Positions 7,830-16,905 of a stretch of 32,000 bases of DNA are shown piece by piece. Source of the stretch: Candidatus Pacearchaeota archaeon (lineage in GTDB: Archaea > Nanobdellota > Nanobdellia > Pacearchaeales > UBA284); NCBI GenBank assembly GCA_026016245.1, contig CP061211.1:120001-152000 (forward strand), in the 5' to 3' direction. Both the position numbers and the translations under genes were made by a program. A model generated the notes under the pieces. That model ran no database searches and was not told where the DNA came from. It was given only the letters and a program-made list of their open reading frames with translations. Within the stretch, counting starts at the first letter, position 1; each line of letters begins with the position of its first letter.

Positions 7830-8434
7830 TCTAAACTAAAAGTGTCTTTATTTGTATCCCACCATGACTGCCATTGAGTTTTGTCAACACCATAATCCTG
7901 TCCTGTAAAATCTATTAGCATTAAAGCGCAATAAGACATGACTGGTAAGGGAGGTTCACTTGGTTTTAGTGTAGCATCATTATCAAGTTCAGCAATCAAA
8001 ATAGGAATACCATCTTTTGAACCATGAGACAGGACTAAAGTAGCAGCAGTAACACGAACATTAACATCAGAATCATCGAGAGCATCTTTTAGATAAGGCA
8101 AAACTTTATCTGATAAATCAAGGTCATGGCCTATAGCACTGATTCCAATAATAGCTGCCCATCTTTGATCAGTTTTTGAAGATTCATTTTTGTATATTTC
8201 AGCAAGAGCATATATCCCAGGTTCGCCAAGAGCAACAATCTTGTCTAGGCTGAGAGTGTATATATTAACACCATCAAATTCTGTAACTATCTCAGTAGTT
8301 TGGTCCATAAGTTCTTCATTTACTTTACTCTTGAAAAGATCAAGCCTGAAGAAAACAATGTAAGCAACAACTATTACAACTATAAGTAATAATACAAAGA
8401 AAATTGTCCTGATAGTTTTTGTCTTTGTTTTCAT
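7826..8434 (-). CDS. membrane-anchored HEAT-repeat protein
   Basis: N-terminal TM helix. DSDVNVRVTAATLVLSHGSKDGIPILIAELDND resembles HEAT/PBS-lyase repeats. ATGA overlap with the protease gene. Confidence 0.5.
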   Translation of the reverse strand: MKTKTKTIRTIFFVLLLIVVIVVAYIVFFRLDLFKSKVNEELMDQTTEIVTEFDGVNIYTLSLDKIVALGEPGIYALAEIYKNESSKTDQRWAAIIGISAIGHDLDLSDKVLPYLKDALDDSDVNVRVTAATLVLSHGSKDGIPILIAELDNDATLKPSEPPLPVMSYCALMLIDFTGQDYGVDKTQWQSWWDTNKDTFSLE

Positions 8435-8478
8435 TCTTTTTTTTCTATTTTTAATTAGAGATTGAGGTTTTTAAATTT

Positions 8479-9066
8479 TTATTTTCTTTTCTTCAACTTT
8501 AATTTTTTTGTTATTTTATTAATTTGTCTCTGCATGTCTTTTATTGTTCCACTATTATCCACCTTGAAATTAGCCATCTTTTTTGTCTTATGAAAATCAA
8601 AAATTGCATTTTCAAGAGCTTCTTCATGCAAAAATTGTTCATATGTTTTTGCAAAGCCACCTCTGCGTCTTGACTTTGCTCTCTTATAACGGATAAAAGG
8701 ACCAGCATCAACAAAAATAAGTTTGAGTTTTAATTTTTCCTTAGCGAGCTTTGTTTCTGCTTGTGTTCTCAAACCAACTATGACAACATTTTTCATCCTA
8801 AGATGATCTTTTACAAGGATGGTATTTATGATTTTAGAAATTAAATATTCATCCCCATATTCTTTTCTCAGTTGAGCTTGTAATTTTCTTAAACTTTTTC
8901 TACTACAATTTTTACCTCTTTTAATTGCTTCTTGTCTTAAATAATTACTAAGAGTTATTTTTTTAAAGTTATATTTTTTAACAAGATAATTAGCAACAGA
9001 ATCCTTGCCAGAAGAAGCAGAACCAGTAACTCCTAGAACATATGGTCTGAATGTTAATTTTTTCAT
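8479..9066 (-). CDS. P-loop nucleotide kinase (archaeal UPF0200 / CoaE-like)
   Basis: GVTGSASSGKDSV Walker A near the N-terminus. ~190 aa with an LSNYLRQEAIKRG segment as in small archaeal kinase-like ATPases. Lys-rich C-terminal tail. Confidence 0.55.
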   Translation of the reverse strand: MKKLTFRPYVLGVTGSASSGKDSVANYLVKKYNFKKITLSNYLRQEAIKRGKNCSRKSLRKLQAQLRKEYGDEYLISKIINTILVKDHLRMKNVVIVGLRTQAETKLAKEKLKLKLIFVDAGPFIRYKRAKSRRRGGFAKTYEQFLHEEALENAIFDFHKTKKMANFKVDNSGTIKDMQRQINKITKKLKLKKRK

Positions 9067-9155
9067 TTTCCTCTTTTAAATTTTCAAGAGAGAAGGATTT
9101 AAAAGGTTTTTTATAGAATCAAAAAATTTATTAAATTTGGAATTACTAACTTAAT

Positions 9156-9545
9156 ATGAGAAAACCTTACTTTATTGGAACTTGGGGTGCATGGGAAAAA
9201 AGTCCTGAACAGCTTATTCCAGGAACATTTAGACTATATCTTACAGAGATGGTGAAGATTGAGGATAAAAAAATTATAAAAGGAACAATAGAAGATTGTT
9301 TTGGGGAAGCAACTTTTGAGGGCGAAATGTGTTCAAGTCATATTAAGTTTACAAAAAGATATTCTAAAGAAGCTATTGAAAAGGGAGGTCATTGGGATAA
9401 AATTGAATATAGAGGAGCAGAGGTGAACGGCCTTTATGCTGGAAAATTCATTATTGTAAATGGAATACTTGATAATATCGGCACAGTTGGTAATTGGGAA
9501 GGCACTTTTTATATGTCTCAGTATTTTGGCCCTTCTTTAAATTAG
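9156..9545 (+). CDS. hypothetical protein
   Basis: 129-aa ORF. TATA-like tttattaaat ~25 nt upstream of the ATG. No family recognised. Confidence 0.4.
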   Translation: MRKPYFIGTWGAWEKSPEQLIPGTFRLYLTEMVKIEDKKIIKGTIEDCFGEATFEGEMCSSHIKFTKRYSKEAIEKGGHWDKIEYRGAEVNGLYAGKFIIVNGILDNIGTVGNWEGTFYMSQYFGPSLN

Positions 9546-9549
9546 GAAA

Positions 9550-10350
9550 TTAAAGAATCCTCAATCTTCCAGGCTTAGGTTCATAAATTGTTCCTTCTTC
9601 AAGAAGTTCAGTAATTTTATTATTAATTTCTTCTACTTTATAGCTGTTTAGTTGCATTATTATTTTATCTATATTCACTCCTTCCTCTGCCTCTGCTGCA
9701 TTGATTATTTCTATAATTTTTTCCCTAACCCCCAATTCCTTATCTTGTTTTTGTTCTGTTGTTTCTATTTTCTCTTCCTTTATCTCTGGTTTTTCTATGA
9801 CTGGTTCTTGTTGAGTTGTTGTTTTTGATATTTCTGGGCTGGGTATTGGTTCTGGGTTTGGTTGAGGGACTGGCTCTGATTTTGGTTGGGCTTGTAGCTG
9901 TGTTGGCTGCTCAAGATTTTTGTATAATTCACCATATTCTTTTTCTAGCTCCAATTTGCGGACAAGAAGCCATTTTACATTAAGCTGCTTAACTATTTCA
10001 GGAAGAATATAAATTTCATTATTAAAGTATCTTAATGTTCCAATTATAAGAATGGTATCTCCTGGTTGATTATTTTCTAAAAGTTTTATATTGTCTGAGA
10101 AAGCTCTGACTCTGATTTGGCCAGTTCCATCATCTAGAGTAAGTGTAATATAATTTTTTTCATTTGATCTAAAAGTGTCTATGACATTCGCTATGAGATT
10201 TATTCTATTAATTTCTTTATTATCTAGAGTAAGAAATCTGAATCTTTGTTTTGTAGGGTCATTCTTGTCTGTCTCTAGCTGAATGTTTCCTTTTGCTATC
10301 AATCCTGCTGAGATCTTATATGCTGTGTATCTCTTGATTTGTCCATTCAT
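9550..10350 (-). CDS. RPA32/Stn1-like OB-fold ssDNA-binding protein with C-terminal winged helix
   Basis: OB-fold pattern INLIANVIDTFRSNEKNYITLTLDDGTGQIRVRAF...GDTILIIGTLRYF, a Pro/Glu/Gln-rich linker, and a C-terminal wH-like ending EEGTIYEPKPGRLRIL. Confidence 0.55.
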   Translation of the reverse strand: MNGQIKRYTAYKISAGLIAKGNIQLETDKNDPTKQRFRFLTLDNKEINRINLIANVIDTFRSNEKNYITLTLDDGTGQIRVRAFSDNIKLLENNQPGDTILIIGTLRYFNNEIYILPEIVKQLNVKWLLVRKLELEKEYGELYKNLEQPTQLQAQPKSEPVPQPNPEPIPSPEISKTTTQQEPVIEKPEIKEEKIETTEQKQDKELGVREKIIEIINAAEAEEGVNIDKIIMQLNSYKVEEINNKITELLEEGTIYEPKPGRLRIL

Positions 10351-10357
10351 TTTAAAG

Positions 10358-10648
10358 TCAAGTTAATGGTTTAAGTCCAGCCTCTTTTAAGAGGGCTAAA
10401 ATTTTAGATTTGTCATAAGTTGAAATAAAACTGATTTTATAAAAATATTCCTCAGGACTTTTTCTTCTTTTTTCTAAATTAGATTCTGGAATAGGGATTG
10501 GTCTAAAACAATAACCCCCCCCTATTTCTTGTTTTATCTGTTCTAATCTTTCTATATTTTGTCCATAATTAAGATCATTAAGGATAATTATGTCAAGGGT
10601 TGTCTTTCCTTCAAAATCTAATTCCTTTTTTAAATGTCTCTTTTCCAT
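10358..10648 (-). CDS. hypothetical protein
   Basis: 96-aa ORF co-oriented between the MazG-like and RPA-like genes. No family recognised. Confidence 0.35.
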   Translation of the reverse strand: MEKRHLKKELDFEGKTTLDIIILNDLNYGQNIERLEQIKQEIGGGYCFRPIPIPESNLEKRRKSPEEYFYKISFISTYDKSKILALLKEAGLKPLT

Positions 10649-10669
10649 TCTAAATTCTTTATGATTTTT

Positions 10670-10972
10670 CTATAAATTATGGATTTCCTTTATTTTTTTA
10701 ATTTTATTTTGGACTGTTTTTTCTAGATTTATATCATGTATCTTAGCTAATCTCATAACTAATATCAAGACATCCCCTATTTGTTCTTTAAGATTTTCCA
10801 TATCAATCTGTTCATTTTTTCTTATATTTGGTTTATTTATTTCTCTTGCTATTTCCCCGACTTCCTCTGCTAAATGGAGGACTGTATTAGTTGAATTATG
10901 GTCACAATTAAACTTTTTATAAAGTAAATCTAAAAATTCATTTGCTTTGTTTTTTAAATCTTCAACTTCCAT
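10670..10972 (-). CDS. MazG-type nucleotide pyrophosphohydrolase (small all-alpha NTP-PPase)
   Basis: LHLAEEVGEIAREI ... EQIGDVLILVMRLAKIHDINLEKTV (EExxE and D motifs of the MazG domain). I chose the internal ATG (MEVEDL) because the longer ORF overlaps the mcm 3' end. This start abuts the mcm stop. Confidence 0.65.
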   Translation of the reverse strand: MEVEDLKNKANEFLDLLYKKFNCDHNSTNTVLHLAEEVGEIAREINKPNIRKNEQIDMENLKEQIGDVLILVMRLAKIHDINLEKTVQNKIKKIKEIHNL

Positions 10973-10973
10973 T

Positions 10974-12974
10974 CTAAATTCTTTGCACAAATCCTTTTTT
11001 TGGTTGGAAAATATCCCCACTTCTTTTTAGTCTATCTATAATTTCATCTAGTTCATGTTCTGAAATTTTCTCACTTAGTTCTGCTTTAAGATCATTTACT
11101 GGAATTAGTTTGCCGAGTCTTGATTCTAATCTTACTAGTGCTTCTCTTACAAGAACAATCCTGCCTCTCTCGCTGGCTGGTATTCCTGTGGCTATCCTAT
11201 CAATATCTATGGCTCCTGTTTCTGTATCCATCCCTACTTGAAGAAGGCAGAAGTGCATGATCTGGATTGCTCTTTTTGCATCATCTTTTGTTATTTTCTT
11301 GCTTAGCCTGGCTCTTGCACTTGCCTCACTTAATCTGATTAATGCTTCAAGTTGTCTTGCACTTATTGGAATAGGTCTGATAACATCTTCGCTAACTGCA
11401 GGAGCATTTCTTAAATCAACATAGAATTTCTTGATTTCAAATACTGCCTTTTCTGATAGCTGTGGCTTAATTTTTTGTTTAGCATAAGCAACATACTTCT
11501 TGAATAATCCTGGGTCAATAGGTGGTTTCTCACCTGCTTTTCTATGTTCTAGCAAGACGTGTGTGGCTATTGCTTCATCTCTCATTCTTTCTGGGATATC
11601 TTTCATTGTGAATATGAGGTCAAAACGATTTAATAATGTTGGAGACATTTCTATCTGCTTGGCTATTGGTTCATATGGATTAAAACGGCCGAATTTTGGG
11701 TTTGCTGCTCCAAGAACTGAAGTTTCTGCTCTCAGTGTTGCTTGGACATTTGCCTTGCTTATTGTCACTGTCTGCTGTTCCATTGCTTCATGCATGGCAC
11801 TTCTGTCTTGTTCTGCCATTTTTTCCATTTCATCAAGACATGCTATACCTTTGTTGGCAAGAACCATGGCACCTGCCTCAAGAGCCCAGCCTCTTAGATA
11901 TTCATCTCTTACAACAGTGGCAGTAATTCCTGCTTGGGTAGCTGCTTTTCCAACCACATAACGGCCTTTAGGGGCAGTACTTGAAACAAATTTTAACATC
12001 ACAGATTTTGCAACGCCAGGATCTCCTACAAGAAGGACGTGCATGTCGCCTCTTGACCAAGTTCCATCACTTCTTTGTTTTCTTACCCCTCCTAGAAGTT
12101 GTAAAGCAATTGCAAACTTGATTTGTTCATAACCAAATATACTTGGAGCAATACTAGCTGTAATTTTTTTATAGATATCTGGGTCTGATGCTAGTTCTCT
12201 GATCTGTCTTTCTTCTTCTTCATCAATCTCTAGTTCTTCGAAAGTCTCTTCTAAAGGAATAACATTGTTTGCTTCAATAGCAAGATCAAATCTTGTACTG
12301 ACAGCTCCACTTCTTAAAGGGATAGGCACTTCTTTTAACACACCCACCACCATGACTTTAGAGCCAGGTGTTGTTCTTTCTTCCATCCTTGGCTCTACAA
12401 GGTCTTCTTTAAGAAAAATATTAAGACGTCTTGGCTGCTCTCCTCCTTTCAAGCTCTCTGGACTTTCCTCAATAACTAATCTTTGGGCATCAACCATTTC
12501 CTTGCTTACTAACTTGAAATTAGTACGCCTTCCACAAGAGCATCTCATAGGTTCTTTAAAATGTTTATCTATCTGTAGGACACTTATTACTGTCCCACAA
12601 CTTGGGCATTCAAATTTAGCATTAACAATCTGAGGCCTTACATCAGAGGCTTGTCTTACAATACCCTCAACAACAATTAACTGCCCAAGATGTTTGGCCC
12701 TAATTTCCCTGATTAGAAGATGCTGTGATTTTGGTAGGTCACTAAGTCTGACCTTAGCTTTAGTTATCAAACCTATTTCTTCAAGAGCCAGCTCGAGGAT
12801 AGATGAAACTTCTTCTGGTTTCAAAAGCAATTGGTCAGCTAGAATATGGCTAAAACTGGCTATATCCTGAAATGATACTTGGATTGTTTTCTTACCTTTT
12901 TTAGCATACTTACCTATTTCTTGCTTGTAAAGTTCGAAAAATTCTTTTGCCTCTATAATTAAATCTTCAGGCAT
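10974..12974 (-). CDS. mcm: MCM replicative helicase
   Basis: Zinc finger CPSCG..(x21)..CSCG, Walker A GDPGVAKS, Walker B IACLDEMEKM, arginine finger SRFDLIF, C-terminal wH. 666 aa. Confidence 0.97.
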   Translation of the reverse strand: MPEDLIIEAKEFFELYKQEIGKYAKKGKKTIQVSFQDIASFSHILADQLLLKPEEVSSILELALEEIGLITKAKVRLSDLPKSQHLLIREIRAKHLGQLIVVEGIVRQASDVRPQIVNAKFECPSCGTVISVLQIDKHFKEPMRCSCGRRTNFKLVSKEMVDAQRLVIEESPESLKGGEQPRRLNIFLKEDLVEPRMEERTTPGSKVMVVGVLKEVPIPLRSGAVSTRFDLAIEANNVIPLEETFEELEIDEEEERQIRELASDPDIYKKITASIAPSIFGYEQIKFAIALQLLGGVRKQRSDGTWSRGDMHVLLVGDPGVAKSVMLKFVSSTAPKGRYVVGKAATQAGITATVVRDEYLRGWALEAGAMVLANKGIACLDEMEKMAEQDRSAMHEAMEQQTVTISKANVQATLRAETSVLGAANPKFGRFNPYEPIAKQIEMSPTLLNRFDLIFTMKDIPERMRDEAIATHVLLEHRKAGEKPPIDPGLFKKYVAYAKQKIKPQLSEKAVFEIKKFYVDLRNAPAVSEDVIRPIPISARQLEALIRLSEASARARLSKKITKDDAKRAIQIMHFCLLQVGMDTETGAIDIDRIATGIPASERGRIVLVREALVRLESRLGKLIPVNDLKAELSEKISEHELDEIIDRLKRSGDIFQPKKGFVQRI

Positions 12975-13112
12975 TTTCCTCTTTTCCTCCTAGCCTTGCC
13001 TTAGCCTAGAATATCTAATTATTTTTTCCAATATATTTATAGTTTATTGTTTTAGAATATAGAGAATATAAATAAAATAAAGAAAAAAGAAATTAAAGGG
13101 AATTAAATGAAA

Positions 13113-13721
13113 TTATCTTCGTTTTTTTCTTGGTTTTAATACTTCTTTAGTTGTCTTCATCAGTTTTTTCATAGCTTCATCCAATTGCTTCCTGTTCTTG
13201 GTTCCTGTACATACTAGTTTGCCATTACTGAACAACAAAAAAGTGGCATTTGGTTCATCTAATTTGTAAACTAAACCAGGAAACTGCTCTGGCTCATATT
13301 CTGTGTTTTCTAGTTTTAGAGCAAGCTCATTGAGATTCAGAATTAAATTTATAGAGCCACTAGCAACAATGTTTTGAACACTTATCTTTGGCTTTTCCTT
13401 AACTCTTACTCCTATTTTTCTTAGCTGTTTTATAACCTGCTTTATGACTTCTTCAACCTGCTTAATGCTTTTTGTGCCTGTACAAACAAGATTGCCTGAA
13501 CTGAATACTAGAACAGCTGATTTTGGTTTCTTTATTCTAAGAACAAGACCAGGAAACTGTTCTGGGTTATATTCTGTATTTGTCTGGCTTCTAACTAGCT
13601 TAACTAGAGGAACTTTTGTGTAGAGACTTGTTGTAGCTACGATGTTCTGAATCTTAAGGTTAGATCTTTTAGGGATTCTGGTTTTTTTAGCCTTTTTCTT
13701 GGTTTTCTTTTTCTTTGGCAT
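13113..13721 (-). CDS. tbp: TATA-box binding protein with basic N- and C-terminal tails
   Basis: Two TBP repeats (IQNIVATTSL..PEQFPGLVLRI..LVFSSGNLVCTGTKS and VQNIVASGSI..PEQFPGLVYKL..LLFSNGKLVCTGTKN). N-terminus MPKKKKTKKKAKKTR, C-terminus KPRKKRR. Confidence 0.95.
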   Translation of the reverse strand: MPKKKKTKKKAKKTRIPKRSNLKIQNIVATTSLYTKVPLVKLVRSQTNTEYNPEQFPGLVLRIKKPKSAVLVFSSGNLVCTGTKSIKQVEEVIKQVIKQLRKIGVRVKEKPKISVQNIVASGSINLILNLNELALKLENTEYEPEQFPGLVYKLDEPNATFLLFSNGKLVCTGTKNRKQLDEAMKKLMKTTKEVLKPRKKRR

Positions 13722-13778
13722 TGAAATTTTAAAGAAAAGTGGCTTTTTAAAGCTTTTTAAAGGTCTCGTCGAGCTTGT

Positions 13779-14519
13779 TTATTTAAAATATCTGTCAAGC
13801 ACAGCTACTTTTTTCTTGTATTTATATCTGAGATAGAATCCAAAAATCATTCCAGCTACCAAGCCGCCGAGATGTGCAGCATTACCAATAGGAAGACCAG
13901 CTGCAGCAGTAATTACCCACATTACAACAAATATTAATGCAATGCCAAACCATAATGGCATGGGTATAGGAATGAACATGATAAATACAGGAACTTTAGG
14001 AGTAAGGATAGCTAAAACACCACCAACACCAAAAATAGCTCCACTTGCGCCCACTGCAAAATTTTCTGGGGATATGCCTATTCCAGGAATAGAGCTTAAA
14101 GGTGATATTGCAAAAAGGACAAAAAATAATGATGCAATAATTCCAGATATAAAATAAATAGCTAGGAATTTCTTATTGCCTATCAATCGCTCAAGAAAAG
14201 AGCCCAGGAACATGAGAGAGAGCATGTTAACAAAAAGATGCATAAACCCGCCGTGAGCGAACATGCTCGTTATTATTGTCCATAAATAATTCCCTTCTAG
14301 AATTGAGGTTGGTTGAAGAGCAACAATTTTACATATCCCAGAACACTGTGTAGGATCTTTAAAAAATCCTAGAAGCATCAAAATAAAAAAGATAACAACA
14401 TTCAAAATTATCAGTATTAAAACAGCGCTTATCTTTTTTCTAGGTTTTTTTCTTGGTTTTTTGTAATGATAAGAATAAGAATAATAACCTCTTTTTGGAT
14501 TTGATTTTCTTTTTATCAT
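13779..14519 (-). CDS. rhomboid-family intramembrane serine protease
   Basis: Multi-TM protein with HGGFMHLFVNM, the catalytic GASGAIFG motif and AHLGGLVAG. Confidence 0.85.
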   Translation of the reverse strand: MIKRKSNPKRGYYSYSYHYKKPRKKPRKKISAVLILIILNVVIFFILMLLGFFKDPTQCSGICKIVALQPTSILEGNYLWTIITSMFAHGGFMHLFVNMLSLMFLGSFLERLIGNKKFLAIYFISGIIASLFFVLFAISPLSSIPGIGISPENFAVGASGAIFGVGGVLAILTPKVPVFIMFIPIPMPLWFGIALIFVVMWVITAAAGLPIGNAAHLGGLVAGMIFGFYLRYKYKKKVAVLDRYFK

Positions 14520-14520
14520 A

Positions 14521-15204
14521 CTATCTTTTCTTTTTCTTTCTTTTTTTCTTAAATCTTTTCTTTGTCTTCTTTTTGACTTTCTTCTTTTTCTTTGTTATTT
14601 TTTTAAATTTTTTCCTTGGTTTTTTCTTTACTTTTTTGATTTTTATTTTTGGTTTTGGAGTTATTTTTTCAAGTTCTTCCCTTATTATCTTAATTTCTTT
14701 TTTGAGTTGTTCTATTTTTATGGTTATTTCTTTAATTCTTTTTTCTTTTGGTATGATTTCAAGTAATTTAGCACATTCAGGACAAAGGAAGCTGTGATGC
14801 ATGGCTGTTTCCTCACTCATTTCTATCCTATCTGCAGGGCATATGTAGAAATTTTTCATCTTTCTGCTTTTCAATAAAGCATACATCGCTCTGATATCCT
14901 TGAGTTTTAACCTAGCAAGAGTATTTAGGGCTTTTATATTATTCAAAGTCCAGAAATAAGTATACCATCCTTTGCGTTTGTCTTTTTTTCTCGTGTAATC
15001 CATTATATTAAAATTAGAAATTCTATAAAGGATATTGCGGGTCTGATTTATTGTTATACCTAATTTTTCAGCAATCTTGAACTCATTAATATTTTTCTTT
15101 TTGAATAAGATATCTACTATAGGTTCGGAATTCTTTCCAGCCACAATCCTAATTAATTCCTTAACCAAACTAAAAAGCCTTCTATCTTTCACCTTAATAA
15201 TCAT
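14521..15204 (-). CDS. tfe: transcription factor E alpha (TFIIE-alpha homolog) with long Lys-rich tail
   Basis: wH region NEFKIAEKLGITINQTRNILYRI...RKKDKRKGWYTYFWTLN, a zinc-ribbon remnant YICPADR...FLCPEC, and a 45-aa C-terminal tail with 33 K/R. Confidence 0.75.
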   Translation of the reverse strand: MIIKVKDRRLFSLVKELIRIVAGKNSEPIVDILFKKKNINEFKIAEKLGITINQTRNILYRISNFNIMDYTRKKDKRKGWYTYFWTLNNIKALNTLARLKLKDIRAMYALLKSRKMKNFYICPADRIEMSEETAMHHSFLCPECAKLLEIIPKEKRIKEITIKIEQLKKEIKIIREELEKITPKPKIKIKKVKKKPRKKFKKITKKKKKVKKKTKKRFKKKRKKKKR

Positions 15205-15281
15205 TTTATCCCCTTTTATGATTTTGCTGTAACAATCTAATGAATAGAAATCTTTTTATATTTTAAATAGTTTTCCGTCAT

Positions 15282-15854
15282 ATGCCTGTTTTAAAGAAAA
15301 AAAAGAAAAAAGAGGTTAAGATGCCAGAGACCCCAGAAATAGAGACCCCTGAGTTTTCATATCCTGAAATTGAAGAGATTAAGAAAGGAATAGAACCTAT
15401 AACAGAAGCAGGAGTTTCAGAATTGCCAGAACTGCCAGAAATGCCTGAACTTCCTGAACTTCCGCAGATGGTAGAAGATGGTATTTCAAAGGAAGAGGAG
15501 AAAAAAATTAAAAAGAAACTTCCATCAAAACTTACTCAAGAGATAGGAATACCAGCAAGGGCAAAGCTTCCAAAGAAAAAGCAGCCAAGAGCAAAAGAGA
15601 TAAAAGAAATGGAAATAAAGATGCCAAAAGCTAGATCAAGGGCACTTTTTATAAAAATTGATAAATTTAAGGAAATTCTTGCTAGTGTTGATGAAATAGA
15701 GAAAAGAATTCAGGAAGTTTCATCTGTCATAAGAAAATTAAAAGAAATTAGAGATAGGGAAGATAGTGAAATGGAAAAATGGGAGAGAGAGATTAGTGAC
15801 ATCAGGGCAAAATTAGAAACAATAGAAGAGACTCTATCAAAGGTTGAAAGTTAA
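15282..15854 (+). CDS. hypothetical coiled-coil protein with PEL repeats
   Basis: 190-aa ORF. N-terminal acidic/Pro region, basic middle, heptad-like C-terminus. No family recognised. Confidence 0.45.
   Translation: MPVLKKKKKKEVKMPETPEIETPEFSYPEIEEIKKGIEPITEAGVSELPELPEMPELPELPQMVEDGISKEEEKKIKKKLPSKLTQEIGIPARAKLPKKKQPRAKEIKEMEIKMPKARSRALFIKIDKFKEILASVDEIEKRIQEVSSVIRKLKEIRDREDSEMEKWEREISDIRAKLETIEETLSKVES
15420..15467 (+). repeat. in-frame 9-nt tandem repeat encoding (E-L/M-P)n
   Basis: gaattgcca gaactgcca gaaatgcct gaacttcct gaacttccg, encoding ELPELPEMPELPELPQ. Confidence 0.8.
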
Positions 15855-15865
15855 ATTTTTCTAAA

Positions 15866-16249
15866 ATGGCTGTCTATGTCAGATTAGAGCCAAGCGAAGA
15901 ATTAGCTATCAAAAAAGCTATTCACGAAGCTAGAAATTCTTCTATCATATTTGAAGAAAAAGGAAAAAATGTAGCTAAGCTCAAGAGAAGTAAGAAATAT
16001 ACTATAAGAGGTTTGGCAACATCTATGAAAAGTATTAGTGAGGAAATTGAGAAGATAAAAAATATGTTGCCAGAGCTCGAGAAAAAACAAATAAGAAAGA
16101 GAAAAAAAGTAAAAGTAACAAGGAAGAGAAAAAAAATAAAGACAAGGAAAGAAGAGAAAGTAAAAACAAAAAAGGCAAAGAAAACAAAAAAGGCAAAATA
16201 TGAAGAAGAATTAGAAAGTATTAAGGAGAGGATAGCTGATCTTGGTTGA
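15866..16249 (+). CDS. hypothetical Lys-rich protein
   Basis: 127-aa ORF 11 nt after the previous gene. The C-terminal half is a K/R-rich tract. Confidence 0.4.
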   Translation: MAVYVRLEPSEELAIKKAIHEARNSSIIFEEKGKNVAKLKRSKKYTIRGLATSMKSISEEIEKIKNMLPELEKKQIRKRKKVKVTRKRKKIKTRKEEKVKTKKAKKTKKAKYEEELESIKERIADLG

Positions 16250-16856
16250 GCAGGTCTAACAAACTTACAGAATCTTTTCCTACTTCTGTTATGTAATATT
16301 CATTATCTACATTAAATCTGATTGCTTCTTTATCATTATACTTATGTATGAAAATTTTTGCCCTTGGGAATAATGTACAGAGTATATCTGCAAAATTCTT
16401 AAAATTTTGTTTGTATTTTTTCCTATACTGTTCTTCATCCTCACCGCCTTTTGGTAAATAATCATCAGCCTGTCTGAACGCGACTAACACAGCTGAATCA
16501 TAGTCTTGCATTTGTGGCCAGAAGTCTCTTACAATCCTGATAGTATTTAGATGTTCGTCAACCTGTGTTGATTGATAATGTGACATAAGCCCAAACTTCT
16601 TTCCATCTTTTATATACAAACCTACAACACAAAAACAACCCCTAAGACCATCTGTTTCTAGAGTTCCTTTGGTCCATGTTTTTATGTCTGGAAAAGAAAC
16701 TCGCCTTACTAATTCTCCTTTTTCACTTTCCTGTATTCTCTGTACGACTTTTATGTCTAATTTATTTCCGTATTTATCTATGTATACTTTCTTTGCACAA
16801 TCAATGCTTCCTAGAGTCAATAGTAATATTAAAGGTATGGATAATCTTTTTGCCAT
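16221..16856 (-). CDS. hypothetical exported / lipoprotein-like protein
   Basis: N-terminal hydrophobic signal ending LGSIDC. No family recognised. Confidence 0.4.
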   Translation of the reverse strand: MAKRLSIPLILLLTLGSIDCAKKVYIDKYGNKLDIKVVQRIQESEKGELVRRVSFPDIKTWTKGTLETDGLRGCFCVVGLYIKDGKKFGLMSHYQSTQVDEHLNTIRIVRDFWPQMQDYDSAVLVAFRQADDYLPKGGEDEEQYRKKYKQNFKNFADILCTLFPRAKIFIHKYNDKEAIRFNVDNEYYITEVGKDSVSLLDLLNQDQLSSP

Positions 16857-16905
16857 AGAACAAAAAAAATAGAAAGCTTTTATTTTTTTATGTGATTATC
16901 CTCTA

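Noticed and set aside
11500-12633. ORFs 11500-11961, 11696-11926 and 12265-12633 on the + strand.
   Set aside because: They are antisense shadows inside the well-supported mcm gene, with low-complexity, Ser/Leu-rich translations and no motifs.
12975-13112. Possible replication origin upstream of mcm (GC-rich pentamer run cctagccttgccttagcctag plus an AT-rich stretch).
   Set aside because: No ORB-like repeated inverted elements and no orc1/cdc6 gene are present. The pentamer run sits in the mcm leader next to its SD and is more simply 5'-UTR sequence.
14453-14797. 114-aa Phe-rich + strand ORF.
   Set aside because: It is the antisense of the poly-Lys (AAA/AAG) tail of TFE and the rhomboid N-terminus. 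Poly-F is a complement artefact.
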